63,633 bases of DNA, filler included, from Pseudomonadota bacterium (GCA_043820105.1; 8 parts of 8 records of this genome joined end to end with filler, not necessarily neighbours in it), one strand, 5' to 3'; numbered from the whole stretch's first letter, positions 51,196-61,961 are shown. Numbers and translations are program-made. The notes: generated by a model not told the origin, from the sequence alone.

Positions 51196-52602
51196 TTATA
51201 AAAACAATTCATCAGATGTAATTATTCTTGAAAAGTAATGACTCTTTTGTAGTGCTTCTGAAATATTTGCATTTGTTATTAGAACTCTTTGTACACTACG
51301 TTTAAATTTGTTTTCAATTACTTCTGCTTTTTGATCTACTTCTTGAATGATTTCTTTTCCAATAGGCTTTGTTGTATATTTCATTTCACAAAGAGTAAAT
51401 ATTCTATCAGCTCTATCAAAAAGCAAATCAATTTGCACTCCTTTCTTGTTTATTATTTTAGAATCAAAGTATGGGCCAACCGAATAATCTATCCCTGAAA
51501 AGCCTAGAATTTTACTAATTAAATGAGCATGATAAGTTACGAGATATTCAAAAGATCTACCCAACCACGAATACCATTTTTGTGAATTCCAAATATTTAC
51601 CAATATATTTTCTTTTCTGCTTTTAATTTTTATTAAGTTTTCTTCAATAAAGGCAAAATAAAACCGCAAATAGGAATCAAATAAATAATATTTCTTTAGT
51701 TTTGACTTATGATTTTTATCAATAGAAATCACTGATTGAATGAATCCAGCAGATTCCAAGTTATCTAAAAACTTGGTCAATGTACCACCTGCCTTTATTT
51801 TAAGTTTTTCTGCAATTTTCCCTCGTATTAGACCATAAGGATAATTAGATAAAACTCTGATTATTCGCTCGTAATCTTCATTAGAACCAAAATGTGAAAT
51901 AAAGATTCTATTATATTCATCAACAAAGTAGGAATCTTTTGAAAATGCCAATTTTTCCAATGCAATATAGTTTGAAAAATGAGTTGATAAAAGTTCTAAA
52001 TATTTTGGAACACCTCCAACACAAAGACAAGCTTCCAGCACATCAGCATTAGTACGAGAATTAAACATTTGCTGTGCCTCTCCTAAGGAAAACTGGTCTA
52101 AATGAATAATCCTATCACAGCGCCCATATAATGCATTAGATTTAAACACTTTATCAAGCATAAAGGATGCTATGGATCCACACAATATAAGAGAAATGTC
52201 ACCAGCGTCTTTTAAATATTGATCCCACACCATTTTAAGTTCAGATACAATTTCAGATCGATAATTTGCCATCCATTGAAATTCATCAAAAATAATTACA
52301 TATTTTTTCTTTTTTACTATTGGAATAAGTAATTTGAAGGCATCAGACCAGTTTTTTACTCTAGTAATTTGTTCATCACTAAGCTGAAAATTAAGCTGTG
52401 AAATAAAATTACTTATTTGTTTTTCTTTACTTTGATTTTCTAATCCTTCAAACATAAGGTAACTACATTTTTCAACTGCTTTATTAATAAGAAGACTTTT
52501 TCCGATTCTTCGCCTTCCATAGATGATTGTAATATTAGACTTTAGTAACTCAGTTGCTTCTTTCAATATTTTAAGTTCATTGTTTCTTCCAAAGAATTTC
52601 AT
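51196..52602 (-). CDS. AAA/P-loop ATPase with C-terminal PD-(D/E)XK-like domain (DUF234-type)
   Basis: FFGR..EL, YGRRRIGKS, IFDEFQW, GGVPKYL, QIDLL...CEMK. Confidence 0.88.
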   Translation of the reverse strand: MKFFGRNNELKILKEATELLKSNITIIYGRRRIGKSLLINKAVEKCSYLMFEGLENQSKEKQISNFISQLNFQLSDEQITRVKNWSDAFKLLIPIVKKKKYVIIFDEFQWMANYRSEIVSELKMVWDQYLKDAGDISLILCGSIASFMLDKVFKSNALYGRCDRIIHLDQFSLGEAQQMFNSRTNADVLEACLCVGGVPKYLELLSTHFSNYIALEKLAFSKDSYFVDEYNRIFISHFGSNEDYERIIRVLSNYPYGLIRGKIAEKLKIKAGGTLTKFLDNLESAGFIQSVISIDKNHKSKLKKYYLFDSYLRFYFAFIEENLIKIKSRKENILVNIWNSQKWYSWLGRSFEYLVTYHAHLISKILGFSGIDYSVGPYFDSKIINKKGVQIDLLFDRADRIFTLCEMKYTTKPIGKEIIQEVDQKAEVIENKFKRSVQRVLITNANISEALQKSHYFSRIITSDELFL

Positions 52603-52736
52603 AAATTTCCTTTATCTTTTTAATCTTAAACAGAATAGTCTGTTTTTCAGCCTAAATCAATGTTTTTCTTGAATCATAGGCTGATTTTGTAGTATATTTT
52701 CAGCCTTTATGGCTAATTCCATACAACATGGGCTGA

Positions 52737-53116
52737 TTAAAAGGCGAATAATAAAAGAAAAAAAAAAGACCCCTGATCATAGCCAACCTTATCAATAACA
52801 GGAAAGCCCTCTGAAATGCACGCCTGCTTTAATAGGCCTCTATATTGAGCATTTATCAGCAAAGGCTCTTTCTCATTAGCTTCCTGGAAAAATATATTTA
52901 TTTTATTATTATGTTTTATTCTCGTTATCAATGCGGCATTCTTGGACTGCAACAACAAATAAGGATCCTGGTGTTTGGACAAGGTGAGCATACCATACCT
53001 ATTATATATTTCTTTTAGTTGCTTAAAAATTCCTGGATTAATTTCATATTTCGAATATTTTTTAAGCACCTTTTCTATCTCCTGGAAAGGGTACCCAGAC
53101 GAAGCTGCATTCCATA
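52737..53116 (-). pseudogene. internal fragment of a bacterial XPB-type helicase N-terminus
   Basis: Frame extends upstream to LWNAASSG; RYG, RGLLKQ, GFPVID..GY; no helicase core. Confidence 0.7.
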
Positions 53117-54270
53117 ATGTGTTTGCAAAAAATTCAAAATATCCTCAATCAAAACACCCTTATTAAGTGCCTTTATTAAAACATCTTTATCCATATTAAA
53201 ATGCAGCATTTTGTCTATTTTGCTTAGAGTAGAAAATTTAACAAGTTTAGATATCACCTCAAGCTCAGCAGTGTTATTAAGTAAAATTTCAAAATTGGGC
53301 TGAACAATTAAGGGCTTTTTCAAAGCTTTTTCTTTTGTTTTGCTTTCTTTTACTAATTTCCCATTTAGAATATTGCCTAAAAGGCCTGTTCCTTTTATAC
53401 TAGAATAATCTCCGGCGAATTCCAACAATCCAAAATCTAAACCCAGCTGAAGATAGCTCAAAACAAGCTCGTCATCTTCAAGATACTTTGTAAAAGATAA
53501 TCCGTCACAAAATGAAATATACTTTTTAAAATTTTCAAGCGAAATAAAGAAATCAAAGGAAGCAATGTGTTTTAGTAAGGTCGCAAAAAAGAACTTCTTA
53601 TTAATAAAGGATAGTATAAATTTAGAATAATTGTAATCAATCCCTTTTTCAAAATCAAGTTTATCCTGGAAACTATCCTTGCTTCGATATTTTACATCAA
53701 TAATAAGGTTCATTAAACTATCAATGTGTCCAAAATCTGCGTTCAAAAGTTTTGAAAATGCTTTTAGTGATTTTACTTTAGGCTCATTTTTTTGAGTGAA
53801 CTCCAAATACCTGCTTACACAGGCGATTTGACATGCTATGTATTCATCTTGTACTATATGTTCATAATTAATTGTTTTGTCGGGTTTGCTGGCTTTCAAC
53901 AAGGCTTCATGTTTCTTCCTTGGAAGCTTATATTTATCATCAATAATTTTACTTAGATAGAATTGTGCTTCTCTTGAAATAGTAAATCTTCCTGAATCAC
54001 GAAAATGGTAATCACTGCCCAAAGAAATAATACCTTTTGCTATAAGTTGTATTAGCTGCAAATTAAATGGACTTATGTCATAAAAATTCGGACCATAGCC
54101 TTCAAACAAGGCATTAAACTCAGACATTTCCCGATAGTGCTTGTAAGAATTTTCATCTTCTTCAATATTGATTCTTTTTTCTTTGATATTAAAATATGAA
54201 ACTGGTTTTTTAAATGAATAAATAAACTCAACAAGCTCAAACTCAGCTGCTGTTAAATTTTGGCCTGATC
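53075..54270 (-). pseudogene. helicase-associated (Helicase_C_3) XPB partner protein, disrupted
   Basis: PLIVQPNFEILL...AL.KG...EDILNFL..H; ends abruptly; upstream frame is broken. Confidence 0.65.
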
Positions 54271-54770
54271 ATCAAGCTCTTGACAATATTGACTTGTTAA
54301 GGATATTTTTGAAAAAACATTTTGGTAATATTCCTGCTTACCTTTATAAAATGTTTTTGAAAGCCCCAATGATAGATTTTCAAAATCAAAACAGTTTACA
54401 TCATCTCCTGAAACATCAATAGATATCTTGGAGGATAAAAAAGCCCTAATTATTTTTCAAGAATATTGTATTTTATGCTTGATAATTCTGCGATTCAGAA
54501 TTTTGGGATGGGAACTAATTAATTACAAACTGCCAACCTTATGAAACTGACTATTTCTGTACCGAAAATAAGCCATATTCAAGTTACATAGTTGATTTCT
54601 AGGCTTTTGAGCCTTTAAGACAAACAGATTTAAACATGATTAGGAAAAACATTATGCATCGTGTGTTATTNNNNNNNNNNNNNNNNNNNNNNNNNNNNNN
54701 NNNNNNNNNNNNNNTTAATTAATTAANNNNNNNNNNNNNNNNNNNNNNNNNNNNNNNNNNNNNNNNNNNN

Positions 54771-54958
54771 CTCTTCCTGAATTTTTCTACCCGGCCCAAA
54801 GCATCAACCATCTTTTCTTTGCCTGTGTAGAATGGATGGCACTTGGAACAGATTTCAACTTCAATAGATTCTTTAGTTGAACCAACGATAAAAGTATTGC
54901 CGCAGGCGCAGCGCACTTGTGCGCGAGGATAATATTTTGGATGGATATCTTTTTTCAT
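54771..54958 (-). CDS. rpmE: 50S ribosomal protein L31, 3'-truncated
   Basis: [23 protein letters not shown]. Confidence 0.96.
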
Positions 54959-55647
54959 GAAATGATTGTACCTTTAAACTTCTTATTTGTCAAAACATTT
55001 TCCAGGTTTTTTAAATCTGTTCCTTTGGCCACAACTACTGTAAGACCTATTTCCTGGGCTTTTTTAGCTGCTATGGGGTCAAAAGGCGCTGACATGCCGG
55101 GGATCCATTTGGAGCCGATAAGTTTGCGGTAGTCATGCCACTTTATTTCTTTGATTGCCTTAGCCGTTGGATTCAAAGCAATGTCTTTCTCGTGGACATA
55201 AGCAATATTCGAAGCATTGATAACCATTTTTGTTTTAAACCTTTCTGCCAGTAAAACAGCGATATAGTCTGTTGACCATCCAGGCCGCCAGCCAGAGGCT
55301 ATAAAAAGCTTGTATTTGTCTCCTTCCATTTCTTTGTATGGGCTATCCAGAACAATCGGATAAGCTTGTTTTTTAAAGATTGTCCTTAAGAGGTGGGCGT
55401 TGAAGCGGGTAGCGTGTATTCCTAGCCAGTCCTTGTCTTCGTCAGAAACCTGGGCGATTTCGCCGGCTGCTTTTTGATAGTTGCGGGCAACAGCTCCGCC
55501 GCCGGCCACCACGATGAATTTGTAGTTTTTTTCAAGAAACTTCAAAATAAATTCCTTAAACTGCTTAAGGAAATCAACTTGGATTTTACCCGGAACGATT
55601 ATTGAACCCCCCAGGGAAATAACAATCGTTTTATTTTTGTTTTCCAT
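54955..55647 (-). CDS. pyrH: UMP kinase (archaeal-like type)
   Basis: [39 protein letters not shown] 55647 preferred. Confidence 0.9.
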   Translation of the reverse strand: MENKNKTIVISLGGSIIVPGKIQVDFLKQFKEFILKFLEKNYKFIVVAGGGAVARNYQKAAGEIAQVSDEDKDWLGIHATRFNAHLLRTIFKKQAYPIVLDSPYKEMEGDKYKLFIASGWRPGWSTDYIAVLLAERFKTKMVINASNIAYVHEKDIALNPTAKAIKEIKWHDYRKLIGSKWIPGMSAPFDPIAAKKAQEIGLTVVVAKGTDLKNLENVLTNKKFKGTIIS

Positions 55648-55695
55648 CTCTTTTATCTTATCATGTCTTGTGGTCTTTTTGAAGACATGAGACAA

Positions 55696-55720
55696 ATGTT
55701 AGACGTCCGACGTCTAACAT
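55696..55720. repeat. REP-like palindrome flanking the transposase
   Basis: ATGTTAGACGTC-C-GACGTCTAACAT. Confidence 0.9.
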
Positions 55721-56408
55721 TTACTCTATAAGAAGATCTTGAATTAACGATTCTTTTAACTGAAGTTTTGCAGTGCTAGTTTTTATAAATTTATAATACT
55801 CATTAATACCGGAAAATTGATCAAGAATGATGTCCGGTTTTAAAAGTTTTCCCCAGCGATTATTTTTAGCAAAATCTTGATAGCTTGACCAAGGATAATT
55901 TATTTCTTTATTTTCCCATTGTTTTAATTCTCTTGGGTTGCGATGAATGTATGCTGAAAGATAAAGAAGTTGTTCGTTTGTTTCTACGCGTATCGCTCGA
56001 AAAGAACCTTGAAAAAGATGTCCCCTTTTTTTATATTTTGCGTTAAAGTATTTTGCATAGCCAGTTTGTATCCGCTGAAGATAACGGGAAATACCATTGC
56101 CGTCATCAGTTTTTTCTTGAGTTAAAAGATGAAAATGGTTTGGCATAATAGTAAACGAATTTAATTCTGTAATTCTTTTGGCGATAATTTGGCGTACTAT
56201 CTCTTCTGGCATATTAAATCGCGAATGCTTGAGAAAATAGGAACTCTGGCGGCTAATATTATAAAAAGACAATGGAGCTTGGTATACAAGGATAAAAAAA
56301 AAGAAAACGGCTATAATCTCTTTCATCAAGAAAGATTGGAGTTTCGTTGTTGCTACGATTACAGATATGATAATAATTATTTTGCGCAAACTTAAATTTC
56401 CTTATCAT
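55721..56408 (-). mobile_element. Y1/RAYT HUH transposase with a frameshift in an A9 run (56294-56302)
   Basis: True N-terminus MIRKFKFAQNNYYHICNRS lies in another frame; MPNHFHLL, GHLFQG, YIHRNP, YPWSSY. Confidence 0.88.
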
Positions 56409-56422
56409 AATTATAACCTAAC

Positions 56423-56447
56423 ATGTTAGACGTCGGACGTCTAACAT
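56423..56447. repeat. REP-like palindrome, inverted copy
   Basis: ATGTTAGACGTC-G-GACGTCTAACAT. Confidence 0.9.
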
Positions 56448-56457
56448 CGTCAATAGT

Positions 56458-56495
56458 TTATCCACACTTGACAATGTTTTGTATTTCATTATGAT
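56458..56495 (+). promoter_or_regulatory. sigma-70 promoter of greA with adjacent DnaA-box match
   Basis: TTATCCACA (56458-56466), TTGACA (56468-56473), 16 nt, TATGAT (56490-56495). Confidence 0.55.
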
Positions 56496-56503
56496 GGCTT
56501 AAT

Positions 56504-56956
56504 ATGGAAAAATATTTAACCCCCGAAGGGTTAGAAAAATTAAAAAAAGAATTAAACGATTTAAAAACAGTTAAACGGCAAGAGATTGCTGAAAAACTAG
56601 AGAAAGCTATTGCTTACGGTGATTTAACTGAAAACGCTGAATACCACGAAACAAAAGAAGCTCAAGGTTTTTTAGAAGGCCGCATTTTGGAATTAGAAAA
56701 TTTACTTAACAACGCTGTAGTAGTTGAATCACAACAAAAGGGTGTAGCCCAGGTTGGTTCAACTATTTTAGTTCAAGCAGGAGCCAGCAAAGAAAAATTT
56801 AAGATTGTGGGTGCCCAAGAAGCCGATCCTTTAACTGGCAAGATTTCCGTTGATTCTCCTTTAGGTCAAGCTGTTTTTAACAAGAGTAAAGGCGCAGTTG
56901 TTCAAGTAATAACACCCGAAGGTAAGACTCAATATAAGATTATTAATATTGAATAA
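56504..56956 (+). CDS. greA: transcription elongation factor GreA
   Basis: YLTPEG, GDLTENAEYH, IS.DSPLG. Confidence 0.95.
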   Translation: MEKYLTPEGLEKLKKELNDLKTVKRQEIAEKLEKAIAYGDLTENAEYHETKEAQGFLEGRILELENLLNNAVVVESQQKGVAQVGSTILVQAGASKEKFKIVGAQEADPLTGKISVDSPLGQAVFNKSKGAVVQVITPEGKTQYKIINIE

Positions 56957-57038
56957 ATAGAGCTAAAACATTGTTTAATTTGAGCCTATGGACGGGCTCT
57001 TTTCATTTCGTTTAAAATCAAGTAATATTAAATTAGTT

Positions 57039-58385
57039 ATGCCAATATCCAATATTAGAAAAAGCAGGGTAAAAAAGCTCGAAGCGATTAGAGAGGCAGG
57101 GATTAATCCTTATCCCATTAAGGTTAATAGAACTCATTTAATTGAGGAGGTTTTAATAGGTTTTGAAAAACTCTTTCAAGCTGGAACTAAAGTAAGTTTG
57201 GTTGGTCGGATTATGTCGATTAGAGAACATGGCGGTTCAACTTTCATTCATTTTGTAGACGGTACTGGTAAGATCCAAGCTTATTTTAAACAAGATAAAC
57301 TTGGTCAGAAAGATTATAAGTTCTTCTTGGATAATTTTGATATTGGTGACTTCATCGAGATCGTCGGTGTTTTGTTTGAAACAAAAAAGGGAGAGAAAAC
57401 TTTAGAAGTTGATACTTTTAAAATATTAACCAAATCTCTTTTGCCTTTACCCGAGAAATGGCATGGCTTGAAAGACGTTGAAGAAAGATTTAGAAAAAGA
57501 TATTTAGATTTAATTATGAATCCTGAAGTGAAAGATAAGGTTAAAATGCGCAGTAAAGTGGTTCAAGAATTGCGTACTATTTTAGCTAATCAAGGATTTT
57601 TAGAAGTAGAAACACCTATTTTACAACCTATTCCAGGGGGCGCCTTATCAAAACCATTTAAAACACACTTAAATGCTTTAAAGCTTGATTTGTATTTAAG
57701 AGTAGCGCCTGAACTTTATTTGAAGCGGCTACTTGTTGGTGGTTTCGAAAAGATTTATGAGATTGGTCGTTGTTTTCGCAATGAAGGCATGGATGCTTAT
57801 CATAATCCTGATTTTACAATGATTGAGCTTTACTGGGCTTATCAGGATAGAGATAGCTTAATGAAGTTTATCGAAAACCTTATCATTGATTTGGTGGAAA
57901 AAACCAAAGGTACTGACCAAATTACTTATCAAGGACAGCAGATTAATTTTAGAACGCCTTGGCAGAGAGTTAAATTTAAAGATTTAGTTAAAAAAACTAA
58001 AGGCAAAGATTTAGACGAATTATTTAAAGAAGCTGTTAAGAAAATTGTTCAACCAACTTTTATAATTGATTACCCAATTGAAATGGCGTCTTTAGCTAAG
58101 GCCAAAGAAGAGAATCTTCAATATGCTGACAGATTTCAATTAATAATTGGGGGAATTGAATTAATGAACGGCTTTTCTGAATTAAATGATCCAATTGAGC
58201 AGTTAAAGCGCTTTAAGTCTAAATTAAGTCAGGATAGAATGGACAAAGACTTTATTGAAGCCTTAGAATATGGCATGCCGCCAACCGCGGGCTTGGGCAT
58301 GGGCATTGATAGATTAGTTATTCTTTTAACTGATTCGCACAGTTTAAGAGAAGCTATTATATTTCCGACAATGCGACCTAAGTAA
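57039..58385 (+). CDS. lysS: lysyl-tRNA synthetase (class II)
   Basis: PLPEKWHGL, RKRYLDL, FRNEG, YGMPPTAGLGMGIDR; ATG 57039 preferred. Confidence 0.95.
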   Translation: MPISNIRKSRVKKLEAIREAGINPYPIKVNRTHLIEEVLIGFEKLFQAGTKVSLVGRIMSIREHGGSTFIHFVDGTGKIQAYFKQDKLGQKDYKFFLDNFDIGDFIEIVGVLFETKKGEKTLEVDTFKILTKSLLPLPEKWHGLKDVEERFRKRYLDLIMNPEVKDKVKMRSKVVQELRTILANQGFLEVETPILQPIPGGALSKPFKTHLNALKLDLYLRVAPELYLKRLLVGGFEKIYEIGRCFRNEGMDAYHNPDFTMIELYWAYQDRDSLMKFIENLIIDLVEKTKGTDQITYQGQQINFRTPWQRVKFKDLVKKTKGKDLDELFKEAVKKIVQPTFIIDYPIEMASLAKAKEENLQYADRFQLIIGGIELMNGFSELNDPIEQLKRFKSKLSQDRMDKDFIEALEYGMPPTAGLGMGIDRLVILLTDSHSLREAIIFPTMRPK

Positions 58386-58444
58386 TTTAAATACTATGCT
58401 CGATATAAGAACCTTGCTTTTCAGCAAGAACCTTGAATCTCACT

Positions 58445-59743
58445 ATGCTCGATATTAAATTCATTAGAGAAAATTTAGAGAAGGTAAAGGATGCTTGTAA
58501 AAAGAAACAGGTTGATCTTGATATTGATAAATTATTGAATGTAGATAAAAAAAGACTAGGGCTGTTGCAAGCCCTTGAAGACATGAGAGCTCAAAAAAAC
58601 AAAGCTAGTAAAGAAATTCAAAAGGCTAAAGATAAAGAAGAAAAAGAGATGATAATTTTAAAAATGCGGGAATTAGATACAAATTCAGATAGGGTCGCCG
58701 GTGATTTCAAAAAAATAGATGCAGAATTTAAAGAATTAATGTTGCAGGTTCCAAATATTATTTCTAAAGATGTGCCAGTTGGTCCTGATTCAAAATCGAA
58801 TAAAGAGATTAATAAATGGGGGAATATCCCAAAGTTTAATTTTAAAATTAAAGATCATATTAAATTAGGGAAAGAGTTAAATATTATTGATACTGAAGCT
58901 GGTGCGAAGACCGGAGGCTTTAGAGGATATTATCTTAAAAATGAGGCTGTTTTTTTACACTTAGCTTTGATGTGGTACACCATAAATAAAATGAGGGAAA
59001 GAGAATTCGAACTATTTGTGCCGCCTACCCTTATTCGCGAATTTACCTTAATTGGCAGTGGTCATTTTCCAGCTGGCCGGGAAGAGGTATTCCATATAGG
59101 AAACCAAGGAAAGATTGAAAGCGAGGAAACAGCCAAAGAGCCTCTTTTTCTGGCTGGCACTGCTGAGCCGTCTTTATTGGCCTATTATGCTGATAAAATT
59201 TTAGATGAAAATGAATTGCCAATTAAAGCTTGTGGCATCTCTCAATGTTACAGATCAGAAATTGGCAGTTACGGCAAAGATACTAAAGGATTGTATCGTG
59301 TTCACGAATTTATGAAAGTTGAACAAATAGTAATTTGCAAGGCTGATTTAAAGGAAGCAGAAAAATGGCACGAAGAAATGCTGAAGATTGCCCGAGAAAT
59401 ATTGAAAGATTTAAAGTTGCCTCATCGGGTGGTGATTAATTCTAGTGGTGATATGGGTGTTGGTAAGTATAAAATGTATGATATTGAAACCTGGATGCCA
59501 TCTAGGAATGACTATGGTGAAACCCATTCTGATTCTAATATGACAGATTGGCAAACAAGAAGATTGAATATTCGCTATCGTGAAAATGGCAGTAAAACTA
59601 AGTTTGCTTACGCTTTGAATAATACCGTTATTGCCAGCCCGAGAATTTTAATTGCAGTTTTAGAGAACTATCAACAGAAAGACGGCAGTATTAAGGTTCC
59701 TAAAGTTTTGCAAAAATATACAGGATTTAAAAAGATAGGTTAA
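58445..59743 (+). CDS. serS: seryl-tRNA synthetase
   Basis: MLDIKFIREN, GTAE, GLYRVHEF.KVE, LNNT. Confidence 0.95.
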   Translation: MLDIKFIRENLEKVKDACKKKQVDLDIDKLLNVDKKRLGLLQALEDMRAQKNKASKEIQKAKDKEEKEMIILKMRELDTNSDRVAGDFKKIDAEFKELMLQVPNIISKDVPVGPDSKSNKEINKWGNIPKFNFKIKDHIKLGKELNIIDTEAGAKTGGFRGYYLKNEAVFLHLALMWYTINKMREREFELFVPPTLIREFTLIGSGHFPAGREEVFHIGNQGKIESEETAKEPLFLAGTAEPSLLAYYADKILDENELPIKACGISQCYRSEIGSYGKDTKGLYRVHEFMKVEQIVICKADLKEAEKWHEEMLKIAREILKDLKLPHRVVINSSGDMGVGKYKMYDIETWMPSRNDYGETHSDSNMTDWQTRRLNIRYRENGSKTKFAYALNNTVIASPRILIAVLENYQQKDGSIKVPKVLQKYTGFKKIG

Positions 59744-59745
59744 AT

Positions 59746-60447
59746 ATGGATACTATATTAATTCTTCATGGTTGGGGGTCTTGCGCCAAAAACTGGCAGA
59801 GGGTGAAAGAGGGTTTAGAAAATGGGGGATGCAAGGTTTTTTTACCAGATTTACCTGGTTTTGGAGAGAGTCCACCATTAGAAAAAGCTTGGTCAATTGA
59901 TGATTATGTAGTTTGGGTCAAAGATTTTGTTGAGAAAAATAATTTTGACCAGTTTTTTTTGACGGGTCATTCCTTTGGTGGTAGTATTGCTACCAAATAC
60001 GCTTTAAAATTTCCTAAAGAGGTTAAAAAATTAATTCTAATTGATCCAGCTGTCGTTAGGGTAAAAGATATCAGAAAAAAGATAATAGCGAAAATATCAA
60101 AATTTTTTAAGATATTCTCTTGCTTGCCATTTTACTCCTTAATGAGAAGAGCTTTTTATAAATTTATTGTGAAAAGCGACTATTTAAGCACTGAAGGTCC
60201 TATGCGAGAAACTAGGGAAACATATCTAAGGGTAATTAAAGGAGACCTTTCTAATAGTTTATCTGATATTTCTGTACCAACAGTATTAATTTGGGGGAAA
60301 AAAGATAAGTTTACTCCTCTGAAAGACGCTTATTTTATTAAAGGGAAGATTGTTGAAGCAAGATTAGAAATACTGCTTAATATTAAACATAATCCTCAAA
60401 CAGAAAACCCAGAGTTATTAGTTGAAACAATTTTAAAAAATCTATGA
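59746..60447 (+). CDS. alpha/beta hydrolase
   Basis: LHGWG, DLPGFG, GHSFGG, WGKKD, H. Confidence 0.9.
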   Translation: MDTILILHGWGSCAKNWQRVKEGLENGGCKVFLPDLPGFGESPPLEKAWSIDDYVVWVKDFVEKNNFDQFFLTGHSFGGSIATKYALKFPKEVKKLILIDPAVVRVKDIRKKIIAKISKFFKIFSCLPFYSLMRRAFYKFIVKSDYLSTEGPMRETRETYLRVIKGDLSNSLSDISVPTVLIWGKKDKFTPLKDAYFIKGKIVEARLEILLNIKHNPQTENPELLVETILKNL

Positions 60448-60584
60448 TATTTTTAATCTTAATTTCTATTTTCTGGTCCATTGTTTTTACAAAGAAACTT
60501 TTGTTTTGGGTTTATCTTTGGCAGCTTAAAGCATATCATATTGGCAGATTTCAAGATCATTTCCGCACTCATAAAGGCAAGGCG
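60444..60584 (+). CDS. membrane-anchored N-terminus, probably a CPR-type MurF; truncated
   Basis: TM helix then YLWQLK.Y..GRF; only 47 codons visible. Confidence 0.45.
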
Positions 60585-60684
60585 NNNNNNNNNNNNNNNN
60601 NNNNNNNNNNNNNNNNNNNNNNNNNNNNTTAATTAATTAANNNNNNNNNNNNNNNNNNNNNNNNNNNNNNNNNNNNNNNNNNNN

Positions 60685-60810
60685 GGCAATGGCATGCGTG
60701 CGTTCAAAAGGCAGATTACGCGACACATCCACGCTCATGTCCACGAAGAAGCCCGGACCCGCGCGCCGCACCCGCACCTGGCTGGCGCTTAAAACCCCCT
60801 CAACATTCAA
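60685..60810 (-). other. GC-rich fragment of a cation-diffusion-facilitator C-terminal domain
   Basis: VEGVLSASQVRVRRAGPGFFVDMSVDVSRNLPFERTHAIA. Confidence 0.6.
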
Positions 60811-61492
60811 ATGCCACAAAGCAAAATTAGAAATCCTAATATCACAGAAATCAAAGATTTCTGGGAACTTAGAAAATTCAAAGAATTTTCAAAGTAAAGA
60901 AAATCCAAAATTTGCAGCAATAAAAGATTACATTGAAAAAATTGACTCAAAAGAATTTCCCCATCATATTTTCACTTATATCAATGAAGATGAAAGTACT
61001 AAACAAAGAGCATCGCAAATTAAATTCAAGCACTTAAAAATAGAAACTAAAAGTAAAAACAATTTTGCATGCAAATTAGCAAATTTAGCATTAAACCTAG
61101 CAGCCACAAACAAAGAACGCCACCAAAAAATCCAGGACTTCTTCCTAATCAACGACAGCACAACAATTGCAGCAGAAATTCCAGTTTACTTGACAAACTG
61201 GGATGCTGGCTATTATAGAAATCAAAAAGGCTTTATTTTCCCATTAAATAACTGCACAACCCCCATTACAGGGCATATTGACATTCTGCAAATAAGAAAT
61301 GGATTAATCCATATTTTAGACTACAAACCAGAGGCAGAAAAAACAAATGCAATAGAACAATTGACAATCTACGCATTAGCGCTAAGCAGAAAATTAAACC
61401 TGCCATTATATTGCTTCAAAGCTGCATGGTTTGATGAAAATAATTATTTTGAGTTTTTTCCGCTGCATGCTGTTTACGAAAAAATAAAATAA
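60806..61492 (+). CDS. PD-(D/E)XK nuclease-domain protein, 5'-truncated
   Basis: AEIPVY, TGHIDILQ, ILDYKP, QLTIYALAL. Confidence 0.8.
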   Translation, partial: FKCHKAKLEILISQKSKISGNLENSKNFQSKENPKFAAIKDYIEKIDSKEFPHHIFTYINEDESTKQRASQIKFKHLKIETKSKNNFACKLANLALNLAATNKERHQKIQDFFLINDSTTIAAEIPVYLTNWDAGYYRNQKGFIFPLNNCTTPITGHIDILQIRNGLIHILDYKPEAEKTNAIEQLTIYALALSRKLNLPLYCFKAAWFDENNYFEFFPLHAVYEKIK

Positions 61493-61537
61493 ACATTTAA
61501 ATACTTAATTGAATTAATAGCTTATGGTGATTGAAAG

Positions 61538-61735
61538 ATGAAGACTTTCACAGCAGTTATTCAAAAGGATGAGGATATGTATGTAGCCAAATGCTCTGAA
61601 GTAGGCACTGTGAGCCAGGGCTCTACAATAGATGAAGCAATCGCTAATCTAAAGGAAGCTACAGAACTTTATTTAGAAGAATTTCCATTAAAAGATTCGA
61701 AGCATCCTATCCTTACAACTTTTGAGGTTTCTTAA
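61538..61735 (+). CDS. hicB: HicB-like antitoxin
   Basis: SQGSTIDEAIANLKEATELYLE; GGTGA SD. Confidence 0.9.
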   Translation: MKTFTAVIQKDEDMYVAKCSEVGTVSQGSTIDEAIANLKEATELYLEEFPLKDSKHPILTTFEVS

Positions 61736-61961
61736 ATTGCTTAGGAAAATCTCTGGCAAGGATTGTGTTAAAATTCTGTGCAACAAGTTTGGTTTTAAGA
61801 TTAAAAGACAGAGGGGAAGCCATATTGTTTTGCGCAAAGAGGCAAAAGAAGGTGCAATAGGCACCGTTGTCCCAAACCATAAAGAGCTTAAAACAGGCAC
61901 TCTTAAAGGGATACTTGAGCTTGCAAAAATAAATGAGGCAGATTTTGAAAAATATCAATGA
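61722..61961 (+). CDS. hicA: HicA-like mRNA interferase toxin
   Basis: GF...RQRGSH, VVPNHKELKTGTLKGIL. Confidence 0.9.
   Translation: MRFLKLLRKISGKDCVKILCNKFGFKIKRQRGSHIVLRKEAKEGAIGTVVPNHKELKTGTLKGILELAKINEADFEKYQ

Noticed and set aside
55721..56389. Hydrophobic N-terminus of the listed 222-aa ORF as a signal peptide
   Set aside because: It is the wrong-frame read of the frameshifted transposase start.
56458..56466. oriC
   Set aside because: One perfect DnaA box only; no cluster and no dnaA nearby.
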